Source of the DNA: a virus
Taxonomy: Duplodnaviria > Caudoviricetes
Strand: one strand, 5' to 3'
Length of the DNA: 64,000 bases
Virus record (IMG/VR): IMGVR_UViG_3300033069_001852
The position numbers and the translations under genes are program-made. Below the pieces are notes generated by a model that saw only the letters and a program-made list of their open reading frames with translations, was not told the DNA's origin and did no database searches. Position 1 is the stretch's first letter. Each line of letters starts with the position of its first letter. Shown in pieces: positions 19,273 through 29,617 of the stretch.

Positions 19273-19995
19273 ATGGTAAAACTAGCGGAATTGGTGATGA
19301 ATGAGTCGGTTTATGACAAGGGACTATTTAAAGCGGTCTTTTTCGGCGGGCTTCCCGGAGCCGGCAAGTCCTACACCATACAAAATATCTCTGATGGCAA
19401 TATTGAACCCCGGATCGTCAATTTTGACAAGTATGCGGAATTTCTGGGCAAACAATTGGACATCAAAGATGTCGGAGGTTATGTGGATAAGACCTTCATT
19501 GACCGGACTAAGCGCATGACGATCAATCAACTTTCCCTGTATGTTAATGGAATGTTGCCCTTGTTCGTGGATAGTACAAGCAATAAGATTAACCGTGCAG
19601 TTTATCGGGATGGTTTGTTGAAAATGTTTGGTTATGACACCGCTATGGTTTGGGTCAATACTTCACTGGAGACTGCGATTAAACGAATTCAAAAACGGGA
19701 TCGTTCAGTCCCTATTCCTTTTGTCAAGGCGGTATTCAAGAATATGGAAGAGAATAAAGCCTACTACAAAAGCCATTTTGAAATGTTCGTTGAGGTTAAT
19801 AATGACGAAGGCGAATTGACCGATAAAGTCATTACCGACGCATACAAAAAAGTATCGGGATTTTTTAAAACGGAAGTGGGTAACCCCACCGGCCGCCGCA
19901 ATTACCAAGCGGCTAAAGCATCTTCCGGCTATTTGGTGCCTCAGGTTTACCGTGATATAAACAAAATCAAGAGCAAGTTAGTCAATTGGTATTGA
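19273..19995 (+). CDS. P-loop kinase (zeta-toxin/AAA_33/PNK-like)
   Basis: FKAVFFGGLPGAGKS Walker A, VNFD, FVDST, VNTSLETAIKR...RDR lid; start reassigned to MVKLAELVMNE. Confidence 0.8.
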   Translation: MVKLAELVMNESVYDKGLFKAVFFGGLPGAGKSYTIQNISDGNIEPRIVNFDKYAEFLGKQLDIKDVGGYVDKTFIDRTKRMTINQLSLYVNGMLPLFVDSTSNKINRAVYRDGLLKMFGYDTAMVWVNTSLETAIKRIQKRDRSVPIPFVKAVFKNMEENKAYYKSHFEMFVEVNNDEGELTDKVITDAYKKVSGFFKTEVGNPTGRRNYQAAKASSGYLVPQVYRDINKIKSKLVNWY

Positions 19996-20009
19996 TATTT
20001 ATACATTAC

Positions 20010-20321
20010 ATGAATTTTGCGCAATTAAAAACGATGATCAAAGCAATCCTCAATGAAGCAATTGATGGGTTTGTTTTTCACGATCATCCCGAAGCCGCAA
20101 CGGGCGATGGCTTCAACGTCCCAACGGATGTGAAATATAATAGCATTTATCTAGGCACGCTGGTTTCCAAGCCGGATGGTTATGAAATTGCGTATCTGGA
20201 CACACCTAAAGGCAAACAAAAAATTTCCAGCAATAAACAGAATAAATTTAAATCCAAGAACGCCGCGGCGGAAAAACTTCATGAGATTTGGCGTTTGGTC
20301 AGAAACAAAGGACTATTTTAA
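20010..20321 (+). CDS. Hypothetical protein with LKTMIKAILNE leader
   Basis: ATG 6 nt after TATTTATA (19996-20003). Confidence 0.6.
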   Translation: MNFAQLKTMIKAILNEAIDGFVFHDHPEAATGDGFNVPTDVKYNSIYLGTLVSKPDGYEIAYLDTPKGKQKISSNKQNKFKSKNAAAEKLHEIWRLVRNKGLF

Positions 20322-20322
20322 T

Positions 20323-21246
20323 ATGAATACAATTGGTATCCTCCCCGGGCGTTTTCAACCGCCGCATCGGGGGCACTTGGAAGCTTACAAACACGCCGTT
20401 CAGATCGTGGGTAAGAACAACGCATATGTTGCGACTTCTGACAAAATCGATCCGATTAAATCACCTTTGAATTTCAGAGAGAAGCAACAGATTTGGACGC
20501 GGCATGGGGTGCCAATTGATAAAGTTGTAAAGGTTACCAATCCCTATAAGTCGGAAGAAATCACGCATAAATTCAATCCCAAACAAACGGCGGCAATTTT
20601 CTTTCTTTCCCAGAAAGACGCCGCTAGGATTCCATTTAAAAACGCCGCGGGGCAACCCTCATATTTTCAACCCTATAAAGGTAATGAAGATAAACTTCAA
20701 CCTATTTCCGAACACGGTTATATCGCCGTAACTCCGACTTTTAAAATTGACGGTAAAAACATCTCCGGAACGGTAGTGCGTGAAGGCCTGGGATCGGCTA
20801 AATACAGCGAATCGCAAAAACGCAAACTCTTCCAATGGATCTTTGGTTGGTTTGATATGGCTCTGTTTGAATTGTTGGTGGATAAATTCACCGCCGCGGA
20901 ACAGGATAAAAACAAACCCGTCACTCCGATTAATGAGGTCCACCAAAGATTGAAAGAATATCTGAAGGGAATCATCCGAGAATTAACCTTTTCTGTGCCT
21001 AGTGTTGAGCCCGATGTTTCCGCCGATCCTAAAAAACCCACAACCATAACCGACCCCACGGCCGAAAAAGATCCAGATCAGGAACGAAAAGATCGGGAAA
21101 TGTCACGGCGAAAATTGGAATTGATAAAAAAGAAACGTCAATTCCAAGATAGTCAAAAGAACTGGCGCACAAAGGGGGTTGAACAGGACAAACGCGATAT
21201 CCGGGCCACCGATGCGGAAATCGCTGATTTGCGCTCCCAGATATAA
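20323..21246 (+). CDS. HIGH-motif nucleotidyltransferase (cytidylyltransferase/NMNAT-like) with charged C-terminal tail
   Basis: ILPGRFQPPHRGH, SPLNFREK, ISGTVVRE; start reassigned to MNTIG. Confidence 0.8.
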   Translation: MNTIGILPGRFQPPHRGHLEAYKHAVQIVGKNNAYVATSDKIDPIKSPLNFREKQQIWTRHGVPIDKVVKVTNPYKSEEITHKFNPKQTAAIFFLSQKDAARIPFKNAAGQPSYFQPYKGNEDKLQPISEHGYIAVTPTFKIDGKNISGTVVREGLGSAKYSESQKRKLFQWIFGWFDMALFELLVDKFTAAEQDKNKPVTPINEVHQRLKEYLKGIIRELTFSVPSVEPDVSADPKKPTTITDPTAEKDPDQERKDREMSRRKLELIKKKRQFQDSQKNWRTKGVEQDKRDIRATDAEIADLRSQI

Positions 21247-21304
21247 TATTCCAAAAATATTGGGCCGGGCCTACTTATAGGAAAGGTTAACAATCCAATA
21301 TTTT

Positions 21305-22138
21305 ATGAGCGAAGGCAAAATCCCCCTACGCCGAACTTCAGGTCCAACTGATCCGGCCCAAGCTAAAGAACAACCACGGTACCCGACCGATACCATTTCC
21401 CTTCCCACTAAGGGCTGGTTTTATCCCGAAAATACCCCCCTGGCCACGGGCGAGGTAGAGATCAAGCAAATGACTGCGCGGGAAGAGGATATCCTTGCCA
21501 ATCAGGATTTAATCCGCCGTGGTAAAGTTCTAGATAAACTACTCCAATCACTATTGATTGATAAGAATATAAATCCTGAGGACATTTTAATTCCCGATAA
21601 GAATGCCATCTTTATTGCTATTCGCCGCTTTGCTTATGGCGACAACTATTCCGTCAATGTCACTTGCCCCCAATGTGGCGTGAAATCCCGGGTTGATATC
21701 AATTTGGCCGAATTAAAGGATAAAGAAATTGATCTTTCTCTTTTACCACGTTGGAAGAATAATTTTACATTTGTGCTTCCAAAAGCGGGAACGGTATTGA
21801 CATACAAACTATTAAATCAGAAGGATGAGGACGATATTGAGCGAGAAATCACTGCATTACGTAAAGTGAATAAGGAAGCTTCCAGTGAAGTCACCACCCG
21901 CTTGAAATACGTTATCACCGCGATTGATGGTAATCCGGACAAAGATCGGATTAGAAAATTTGTGGATGAAGAATTTTTAGCCGTGGATGCTCGGGCGTTC
22001 AGAAATTCTATGAAGGCTAACACCCCGGACATTGACATGCAATTTGATTTCAAATGTTCCAATTCCAGATGCGAACACGAAAGGAGGATGGATATCCCTG
22101 TGGGAGCCTCCTTTCTATGGATTGACATTGAGTCCTGA
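21305..22138 (+). CDS. Baseplate hub / tail assembly chaperone (T4 gp26-like)
   Basis: LPTKG.FYP, MTAREEDIL, D.NAIFIAIR..AYG..Y, CPQC, D.RAFR; lies upstream of the tape measure gene. Confidence 0.8.
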   Translation: MSEGKIPLRRTSGPTDPAQAKEQPRYPTDTISLPTKGWFYPENTPLATGEVEIKQMTAREEDILANQDLIRRGKVLDKLLQSLLIDKNINPEDILIPDKNAIFIAIRRFAYGDNYSVNVTCPQCGVKSRVDINLAELKDKEIDLSLLPRWKNNFTFVLPKAGTVLTYKLLNQKDEDDIEREITALRKVNKEASSEVTTRLKYVITAIDGNPDKDRIRKFVDEEFLAVDARAFRNSMKANTPDIDMQFDFKCSNSRCEHERRMDIPVGASFLWIDIES

Positions 22139-22349
22139 AGATAGGATCCGGGTTCACACGGATATTCATCAACTTTGTTATTATGGCGGCGGAGGTTTTA
22201 CTCCGGGGGAAATCTATGAAATGCCTATTTTTCTTCGTTACTTCCATTTAAAACAATTATCCAAAACCAAAGAAGCCGAAGTCGCTTCACAACAGGGTGG
22301 CGAAGAGGCTAAACCAACGCCCAAGAAAATCCAACCAAAACCCTTCTAA
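22113..22349 (+). CDS. Frameshift extension of the chaperone (+1 frame; FYGLT...GGGGFT..EIYEMP..LR)
   Basis: Overlaps the end of the gp26-like ORF in the +1 frame with no convincing own ATG; TCC TTT CTA at 22109-22117. Confidence 0.65.
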   Translation, partial: FYGLTLSPEDRIRVHTDIHQLCYYGGGGFTPGEIYEMPIFLRYFHLKQLSKTKEAEVASQQGGEEAKPTPKKIQPKPF

Positions 22350-22355
22350 GCCCCA

Positions 22356-22363
22356 TATTTATA
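22356..22363 (+). promoter_or_regulatory. Putative late promoter TATTTATA (tape measure)
   Basis: Recurrent motif in a 40-bp intergenic gap. Confidence 0.7.
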
Positions 22364-22389
22364 CTTTGACCCATCAATAGGTATAATAC

Positions 22390-24651
22390 ATGGCAACACT
22401 AGACCCTAAATCATTAGAGGCCGCTAAAGATCACGCTAAAGAAATTGAAAAACTTCTTGGCTCCAGCGCCGAAAGCGTGGATGTCCTAAATGAGAATTTC
22501 AACCTCACCGTTGAATTGTTGAAAAAAATGCGGGACACGCTCGGCGACTCCGATGAGGAGTTAATTAAATTCGGAAATAATATCCTTTCCAATCTCACCA
22601 AGGAAACCACGATTGAAGGCAAAATTTTAGCCACGAAACAAGCCCAGTCAGATATTTTACGTCAGATGGTAAAATCAGGAATAAGTTTAGTGGACAGCGG
22701 CGGCGAATTGTCAATTCAAGGAAAATTTCTTTCTTCCATCATGCAGCAGGCGGCTAAGGCGCAAGCGGAACAAAGTTCTAATTTTATCCGCCAGGTATTT
22801 TTCAGTGAACGCTTTAATCGGAATTATGCGCAAGCCTTCGGGATCGCAAAAAAACTTCCCAGTCATATGACTGCCGCCGGCAATGCGATGGCAAAATTAC
22901 CCATCATCGGCAGTATTACATCCAAGGTTCTGACCGGTCTTGGCTCTAAACTAGCGCTTATGGGAGTTCCGGTCATCGGTTGGATAACCACCGCGATTCT
23001 TTTAGCGGTTGATCTTGGTAAGGAGATTCTTGAAGTTTTTAAACAAGCCGACGAAGCGGGGACTAAATTCCGGATGACGGTGGGTTTTATTCGAAAAAAT
23101 ACCGTGGCAATTGACGAAGACGCTCGTAGGATCGCCATTGATTTCGCAACGGTCGGAGCCACTTTTGATCTGGCCTATAATAGCGTAACGGCCATTATGA
23201 CGACGATGGGATCGTTGGTTGGTTATTCTAAAGGCTTGGTGGAAACCGGAACTATTTTTGCCGCCCAACTTGGAGTTTCCGCGGAAAAGAGCATGGTCAC
23301 CCTGAAAGCGTTTGCGCAAATTTCCCGCTCCACTATGGCCGCCCAGCGCAATATGTTGGGGTTTGTCGCACGCTTATCACAAGCCGGCGGCACCAATTTA
23401 AATGAAGTGATGAGCGACATCGCAGAATTTTCCCAATCCAATTACCGTTTCATGAAGGGCACCACATCAGAATTGATCAAAGCGACGGTGGAAGCCCGTC
23501 GGATGGGAACTTCTCTGGCCAGCGTCGGTAAATCTGCCAATTCATTATTAAATTTCACCCAAAGCATCAATGACGAAATGGAAGCCAGTGTTTTATTGGG
23601 TCGGTCAATTGATCTTCAGAGGGCTAGGAGCCTATCCTATGCCGGCGACCTGGCGGGCCTAAACAAGGAAATTTTACGCCTTGCTCAGGCTGCGGATTTC
23701 GAAAACATGGATCCGTTTCAAATGCAGGCCTTTGCTAAAGCCGTCGGCCTGGCCGAATCAGAAATCAGCAAAATGTTGGTCGCTTCCCGCGACCAAGAAG
23801 AACAAAATCGTTTGCTAGCTAAAGACCCCTCCTTGAAAGCTCGGGTGGAAGAATATCGTAAAATATTAGCCGCGTCAGAGAAGACCACGAAAAATCTTGG
23901 TCAACAATACCTCCTAGACCTCCAACGGGAAGCGAATCAAACTCGCATGTTAGCCATCCAACAACAATGGACGGCGTTAACCCAAAAAATTGCGGAAGAA
24001 TGGTTGCCGGTGATTGACACAATGTTGAAAGCTATCGTCCCCGTTATCAATGTTATCTCCAAGGCTATCCAGATCGCGATGAAACCAATAACTGATCTGG
24101 CTAAGATCTATAGTGGAATTTCTAAATTGATGAATACCCAGAATCCGGAGGACTATTCGAAGGGGTGGGAATTAGCGGCCGATGGGGTAAAACACCATTT
24201 ACTAGGTTCAATGACGGGCGTTTATGATTTTATCGCTAATCTGTTTAAAGCAAATTCCCCACACCGTTTGGGGCAGATGTATGTAGATGGTTTTACCAAA
24301 GCAGCACCCTTGGTGGAAAAATCACTTACTACTTCGATGACCCGAGCCGCAGCAAGTACCGCGGATATTTTGAGTGGTATGGGATTGGAGCCGGTCGGAG
24401 ATAATGCCCCGCCAGGTATGGGTACAATTGCCCCCATCGCGCAACGACCGAAAAGTGTTCAGGACTTTTCCAATATGGCTACGGATAGCACAATCATGAA
24501 AGTTGTGGATTCCATTAATCGTTTGCGAGAAGATATGCTTAGTGGTAAATTGGGAGCCAATGTTCGACTCGATAGTCAAATCTTAGCGGAGTCTACCAAA
24601 CGGGCTACTGATTTTAGAGGTGGTTATGGCACAAACAACGCTCGCGCTTAA
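22390..24651 (+). CDS. Tape measure protein
   Basis: Long Ala-rich helical protein; LLNF..SI..E.EASVLLGR.I.L.RAR and FQ.QAFAKAVG; follows the chaperone genes. Confidence 0.8.
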   Translation: MATLDPKSLEAAKDHAKEIEKLLGSSAESVDVLNENFNLTVELLKKMRDTLGDSDEELIKFGNNILSNLTKETTIEGKILATKQAQSDILRQMVKSGISLVDSGGELSIQGKFLSSIMQQAAKAQAEQSSNFIRQVFFSERFNRNYAQAFGIAKKLPSHMTAAGNAMAKLPIIGSITSKVLTGLGSKLALMGVPVIGWITTAILLAVDLGKEILEVFKQADEAGTKFRMTVGFIRKNTVAIDEDARRIAIDFATVGATFDLAYNSVTAIMTTMGSLVGYSKGLVETGTIFAAQLGVSAEKSMVTLKAFAQISRSTMAAQRNMLGFVARLSQAGGTNLNEVMSDIAEFSQSNYRFMKGTTSELIKATVEARRMGTSLASVGKSANSLLNFTQSINDEMEASVLLGRSIDLQRARSLSYAGDLAGLNKEILRLAQAADFENMDPFQMQAFAKAVGLAESEISKMLVASRDQEEQNRLLAKDPSLKARVEEYRKILAASEKTTKNLGQQYLLDLQREANQTRMLAIQQQWTALTQKIAEEWLPVIDTMLKAIVPVINVISKAIQIAMKPITDLAKIYSGISKLMNTQNPEDYSKGWELAADGVKHHLLGSMTGVYDFIANLFKANSPHRLGQMYVDGFTKAAPLVEKSLTTSMTRAAASTADILSGMGLEPVGDNAPPGMGTIAPIAQRPKSVQDFSNMATDSTIMKVVDSINRLREDMLSGKLGANVRLDSQILAESTKRATDFRGGYGTNNARA

Positions 24652-24654
24652 TTT

Positions 24655-26580
24655 ATGGCAAATACAACAAGCAATGGAACAGGAAACAGTTTAATTGGCG
24701 CACCAACTCTTGTGCGTATTCCGCCAAATTATCCCGTCGAACCAATGCCGGGTAAAGTGGAACAATTGTTGGAATATAATCAGTCTGCGTTGTATCACTA
24801 CCCTTCTCCATTCACCAGTAATACTAACCTATTGCGCTTCGGTCGGGAACAACCTTATATCTATCGGTATATTGATAACCCGAATAAATCTTCCCTACCG
24901 CCGATCCCCGCTAAGTATAAGAATATTGAGTCAATTATTCCCCTCCGGGCCGGCGCCGATGACATCATGCGCATGTCATATTACTTGTTTGGTGGACGCG
25001 GCGTCCAGTTTATAACTACACAATTTTTACTCCAGGCTCAGCAGCCGTTCGATGAGACTGCGGTTTATAATCCAGCGGAGGTTTTGAGCGCGACCGCAAG
25101 TCCGCTGTCCCTGGGGATCATTCCCATGCCCCAACGCCACATCAACATCAGTAGTGGAGTTTTGGGGGCCTTAGCTAGTATCATCGGTATAAACATTAGC
25201 AATGGCAATACCGCACCCCCAAGTTCCGTTGGTCAGGACGCCTTACCGAAGATTGGCGCCGCCGATGGTAAAGGTTTGTTACGCGCTGCCACTGCGAATA
25301 AAGCTGTCGGCATTCTCCATGTCAAATTCCCCGCGGGTGGCGAACCCAGCCCGAAATCAGGAATCTGGAGCACAATTGGGAAAAGTATTCTAACCACCGC
25401 CGCGGATAGCATAAAAGTATTTCTTAAACCAATATTTCCTTTGCGGCAGAAGGGAGTAAAATACCGGGGTGATGAAATTGCCTATGGTCTAATGCGTAGT
25501 GATGCCGCCGGGCGTTTTACATCTTACAATAAAGATGAAGTAGCCATATCCATCTTTGACATTCGCCGTGAGGGGGTAAAGGTTTTAAACAACAATCGCG
25601 TTTATCGAGCACTGAATGGTGACAAGGTTTTATCCCAATATAATCAAAAAACTCCACTTGTATCGGAATATGATAATTCAACCTCCAAGGTTCCGGTCGT
25701 GGATACTTCCATCATCGGCAATCGTAATCTCCGCATGGTGCGAGCAGGCGCCGGCGATGGTCTCAATCAAATCGGCGTCCTCACAAAAGGTTCAGCGAAT
25801 TCTGACGGCGTCCCTATTAAAAACGTGCCTATGAATTATGTCGGATGGGAAACCTGGCGCCCCTACCAAGACGACCTCATCGCTTTCTTTTTCTATGATG
25901 TGATTAATGAGAAATACATACCATTCCGAGCAACCGTAAAAGGGATCAATGATACAACGGCGGCGCACTGGGATGAACTTCGATTTATCGGCCGGGCCGA
26001 CCAGGTCTATACTTACAATGGATTTGTTCGTTCGCTCGCTTTCCAGTTTAGCGTGGTGGTGACCAGTCTTGAAGATTTGTTACCCACCTGGCAAAAGATA
26101 AATTATATGAAGACCTCATTGAAGCCCGCGGGTTATACTCTGAGTGGCACGCGCCAGTACAATCGCTTTATGATTCCGCCCATGTTTATGCTTACCGTGG
26201 GGGATATGTATAAATACCAACCAATCGTCATAACTAATCTAACCATAAACATTCCGGAAAATGCGAACTGGGAGACCTTAAACGAAAACAATTCCACAAC
26301 TTGGGAATACCTCCACGATAGTATCCACGCGGATAGCAGTTTCGTGGGAAAATACGCGCAGTTGCCGAAAGAAGTTGATATCTCAGTGACATGTAACTTG
26401 CTCGAAAAAGATCGGGCTGAAGTCGCGAGTGTAGATTTCGGCCATGCGCCGAAAGACGAGGCGGGAAATTTCATCATCGGCGATTCAACCAAACCTTACC
26501 TCCCCGCGCCAAATAAATTTTCCAAAACAATAAATCCCGCATATGAAGGGGATGTCAATCCACAACCCACCATGGCATGA
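24655..26580 (+). CDS. Baseplate / tail-tube initiator-like protein
   Basis: C-terminal IPFRAT.KGI.D...A.W....IGRAD.VY.Y.GF.R and LTVGDMY..QP; position after the tape measure gene. Confidence 0.6.
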   Translation: MANTTSNGTGNSLIGAPTLVRIPPNYPVEPMPGKVEQLLEYNQSALYHYPSPFTSNTNLLRFGREQPYIYRYIDNPNKSSLPPIPAKYKNIESIIPLRAGADDIMRMSYYLFGGRGVQFITTQFLLQAQQPFDETAVYNPAEVLSATASPLSLGIIPMPQRHINISSGVLGALASIIGINISNGNTAPPSSVGQDALPKIGAADGKGLLRAATANKAVGILHVKFPAGGEPSPKSGIWSTIGKSILTTAADSIKVFLKPIFPLRQKGVKYRGDEIAYGLMRSDAAGRFTSYNKDEVAISIFDIRREGVKVLNNNRVYRALNGDKVLSQYNQKTPLVSEYDNSTSKVPVVDTSIIGNRNLRMVRAGAGDGLNQIGVLTKGSANSDGVPIKNVPMNYVGWETWRPYQDDLIAFFFYDVINEKYIPFRATVKGINDTTAAHWDELRFIGRADQVYTYNGFVRSLAFQFSVVVTSLEDLLPTWQKINYMKTSLKPAGYTLSGTRQYNRFMIPPMFMLTVGDMYKYQPIVITNLTINIPENANWETLNENNSTTWEYLHDSIHADSSFVGKYAQLPKEVDISVTCNLLEKDRAEVASVDFGHAPKDEAGNFIIGDSTKPYLPAPNKFSKTINPAYEGDVNPQPTMA

Positions 26581-26876
26581 AACGATACAATTCAACCAAA
26601 CAAAAAGAACGATGGGATGGAAAACGGGTTTATGGGATTACCTATTATCCAACCATTACCCATAATCAGAGCGATGTATTTGTCATAAGTTCCGCCGGCG
26701 ATTATTTAGACAGTTTAGCTAACAAGTATTATAACGATCCTACGCTTTGGTGGGTTATCGCTTTGGCTAATAATATCGGCAAAGGGCGCTTGAGCGTGCC
26801 ACCAGGATTACAATTGCGAATCCCCATGGATATCAATCAAATAGTAAGCAATTTCAATAATTTAAACCGAAAATAA
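26577..26876 (+). CDS. LysM-like baseplate protein (gp53/tail X-like)
   Basis: GDYLDSLANKYYNDPTLWWVIALANN...G.QLRIP. Confidence 0.8.
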   Translation: MKRYNSTKQKERWDGKRVYGITYYPTITHNQSDVFVISSAGDYLDSLANKYYNDPTLWWVIALANNIGKGRLSVPPGLQLRIPMDINQIVSNFNNLNRK

Positions 26877-26879
26877 GTT

Positions 26880-29576
26880 ATGATTTTACCTAACATCATT
26901 CCATGGGAACCTAGTCACGTCCCGATGGAGTTACAGGAAGAATTGGCCCGCAGACGCCAAAACATTTCCCTCAATTACTCCCCCATTAAAACTTCATGGC
27001 AGAATGGGGATTGGAAAAAATATACCGGGCCAATGTCGGCTTGGATCAGAGTTTGTTCCAACGGTCGGGGCCGGCCTGAGTATGACATTCAACCAACCCC
27101 CACAGCCAGGCCGGCGAGTAGTGATCAAGAATTTCAATTTCACCCGGATGTCTTCCGTCACAAACGATTTATATTTTCGAGCGGCAAGGATTTTGAATCA
27201 ACCTATGGTTTTAAACGCACCGGCGAATCTCCCCAATCACAGATCATTGGTTATATGCCCAATGGGATGCCGCATGTCATTGATAATAGTCGCACCGCGG
27301 AATATCCAATTCATGTTCCGGCGCCAGAAGTAACGCGGGTGGAAATGACGATTCAAAAGGAACTGCTCCGCAGGGCAACGATTGAATGGGTATGTTTTTC
27401 ATGGAAACAACTGGAGTATATGACTCCTTATTTCTTGGTTCCAGGAATTACATGTATGGTGGAGATGGGTTGGAATCATTTTAATCCAAAGTCACTAGTC
27501 GATCTCACCAATGACAATACCATGCGTTCATTGTGGGAAAATCCTTATCCATTATACACCAACAACATTATCGATTCAAACGGTAACTATGATGTCATCT
27601 ATGGAATGATTACCAATTTCAACTGGTCCGTGGATGGGAATAATCGTTATACATGTACAACTGAAATCACTTCGAAAAACCGGTTGTATGCGGGTCTTCC
27701 TGTAAACTCTGAACTTTTTGTTCGGGATTTAAAGAATAAAAAAGAGCCAGCGAAGACGACGGGTAACCTGGCGGAATTTCTCAACGATACTCAATTGGTC
27801 CACGATTTTAGACAACTGGCCCGTTTGGGAACATCGAAATTTTTTAAATCACAATCACCCACGCCTCCTTCGACTAATCCAACACCATCGACAATTAGCT
27901 TTGGTTTGTCCCCGGCGCTCACACAACAGATTCCTAATAACAAACCCTCTAGCTTAGTCGCACCCACAACCATCGAATCCGCTTTTTTCAAAGATGTTTA
28001 TGATCGAGCCCTAAGCATCCCCGACGCAGAAAAAAGACAATTGAAGCTTTCGTATTTATACGGGGTCTTTGACGGGCGTGATACAACCGAAACGGATACG
28101 GGAAAAACCCCAAGCAAAAATCAAGCCGATTTTGATCAAGGTACTGCGACCGATGACACGACTTGGTTTAGTATGGGGTTATTATCAACCTTAATCAATC
28201 TCTTTTCCGACCGGGCGTCATTAACGGATAAATCGTCGATGTTTGAATTGGACCTGGATGATGTTATTATCGGCGCCCACCCCAATTTAATATCCGCCAA
28301 CGGACATGTTATGTTGGTGCCGAATTTTGAATCCCCCAAATTTTTTTGGGGCCGACGTGGCTTACATACGGCTTACGGGAGAACATCAGAAAAGGCCACC
28401 GACTTCGGCGACCCAGATTATTACAATCAATATGTTCAAGCATACAAATCCGACCGGAAGGCGGATGTGACCTTACAAACCGTCTTAAACCAGAAAGAAG
28501 CCGCCCGGGACGATATTGATTTATGGATTAATCGCAATGTTTACCGGCTTAATCCACCCTCCATTCAAAGTTCAGAGGATCCCGTTTATGTTGTACCGGA
28601 AAAAGGCAGTCGGTCATTTCCCAATCGGAAAATTCCTGAAGCCAGTCCGTGTGGTTATCTTCGTGATATCTATTTCAACGTGGCGCAATTCAAGAGTATT
28701 CTCAAAAACAATCAATTTGTTAAAAGTTATTATGATTTGGTCCAAGGCATAATCCAGGACTTGAACGCCGCGAGCGCAAATTTTTGGAATTTACAGATGT
28801 GCGACAATGGCTTGGGTAAATGGACAATTATTGATGCTAACTTCGTCAGCGCACGGAATGGCAAACAAGGTAAAGTTTTGACCTTCGACATGCACGATGC
28901 CAACAACATCGTTAAAGCTTTTAAGTTTCGGCCGCAAATGTCCGACGCACAGACGAATCGGGTTTTGTATGGGGAAATTTCCAATCCAAAAAGCCAGTTC
29001 TACTCCAAGGAGGAAGTGGAGAGTCTTAATTTCTCTTACAAAGACACATACCTTTACAACGATGCTGATGCTTATAACAAATCATACACTTCCGCTAATA
29101 TAAGATTTGAAGAAGTTTGGAAAATGATACTGGAACAAATCCAAGTCGTTGACCAAGACGCATCCGATACTTTTCAAATGAAAATTCAAAGGGATTTATA
29201 CCCCAACTTGGAAACCAAGGATAATCCACAAAAGAAATTTCGTTATTTGAAATTGTCCCTCCCCGCCGCCAAGGGGCAAAGCATCCTGCGGAAGTTATTG
29301 GATGATAATGATTTTGAAAAGAATTCCAAATACTGCGCTATTCAACCAGGAATAAATGCGGAAATTACTATTCAGGGTTTGGGCGGTCTTCGAACATTTC
29401 AGTGTTTTTTGATTAAAAATCTACCCAATCCCTATTCCCATAAAGATGTTATTTTTCAAATCTTGAATGTTATGGATCATATCGAATCTGGCAACTGGGA
29501 GACAACAATTGTCGCTGGCCTCCGTCCATTACGTGGTTACATAAAAAATGCTCTGAGTCTAAATACGGTGACATAA
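26880..29576 (+). CDS. Baseplate hub-like structural protein
   Basis: LRRATIEW.C, YFLVPG..C.VE.GWN, GNYD...G.ITNFNWS; C-terminal EITIQGLGG..F.I....D.I....WETTI. Confidence 0.6.
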   Translation: MILPNIIPWEPSHVPMELQEELARRRQNISLNYSPIKTSWQNGDWKKYTGPMSAWIRVCSNGRGRPEYDIQPTPTARPASSDQEFQFHPDVFRHKRFIFSSGKDFESTYGFKRTGESPQSQIIGYMPNGMPHVIDNSRTAEYPIHVPAPEVTRVEMTIQKELLRRATIEWVCFSWKQLEYMTPYFLVPGITCMVEMGWNHFNPKSLVDLTNDNTMRSLWENPYPLYTNNIIDSNGNYDVIYGMITNFNWSVDGNNRYTCTTEITSKNRLYAGLPVNSELFVRDLKNKKEPAKTTGNLAEFLNDTQLVHDFRQLARLGTSKFFKSQSPTPPSTNPTPSTISFGLSPALTQQIPNNKPSSLVAPTTIESAFFKDVYDRALSIPDAEKRQLKLSYLYGVFDGRDTTETDTGKTPSKNQADFDQGTATDDTTWFSMGLLSTLINLFSDRASLTDKSSMFELDLDDVIIGAHPNLISANGHVMLVPNFESPKFFWGRRGLHTAYGRTSEKATDFGDPDYYNQYVQAYKSDRKADVTLQTVLNQKEAARDDIDLWINRNVYRLNPPSIQSSEDPVYVVPEKGSRSFPNRKIPEASPCGYLRDIYFNVAQFKSILKNNQFVKSYYDLVQGIIQDLNAASANFWNLQMCDNGLGKWTIIDANFVSARNGKQGKVLTFDMHDANNIVKAFKFRPQMSDAQTNRVLYGEISNPKSQFYSKEEVESLNFSYKDTYLYNDADAYNKSYTSANIRFEEVWKMILEQIQVVDQDASDTFQMKIQRDLYPNLETKDNPQKKFRYLKLSLPAAKGQSILRKLLDDNDFEKNSKYCAIQPGINAEITIQGLGGLRTFQCFLIKNLPNPYSHKDVIFQILNVMDHIESGNWETTIVAGLRPLRGYIKNALSLNTVT

Positions 29577-29580
29577 TAAA

Positions 29581-29609
29581 TTGATCCAACCAATCTGTCG
29601 TGGTATGGT
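29581..29609 (+). promoter_or_regulatory. Sigma70-like early promoter
   Basis: TTGATC-N17-TATGGT with an extended -10 TG; ATG follows at 29618. Confidence 0.5.
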
Positions 29610-29617
29610 ACCGCGAT

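Noticed and set aside
19273-19995. Zeta toxin-antitoxin module
   Set aside because: No epsilon-like antitoxin is evident; only the generic P-loop kinase fold is supported.
22081-22087. AAGGAGG as a frameshift-stimulating internal Shine-Dalgarno
   Set aside because: It lies more than 20 nt upstream of the shift site, far longer than the prfB-type spacing.
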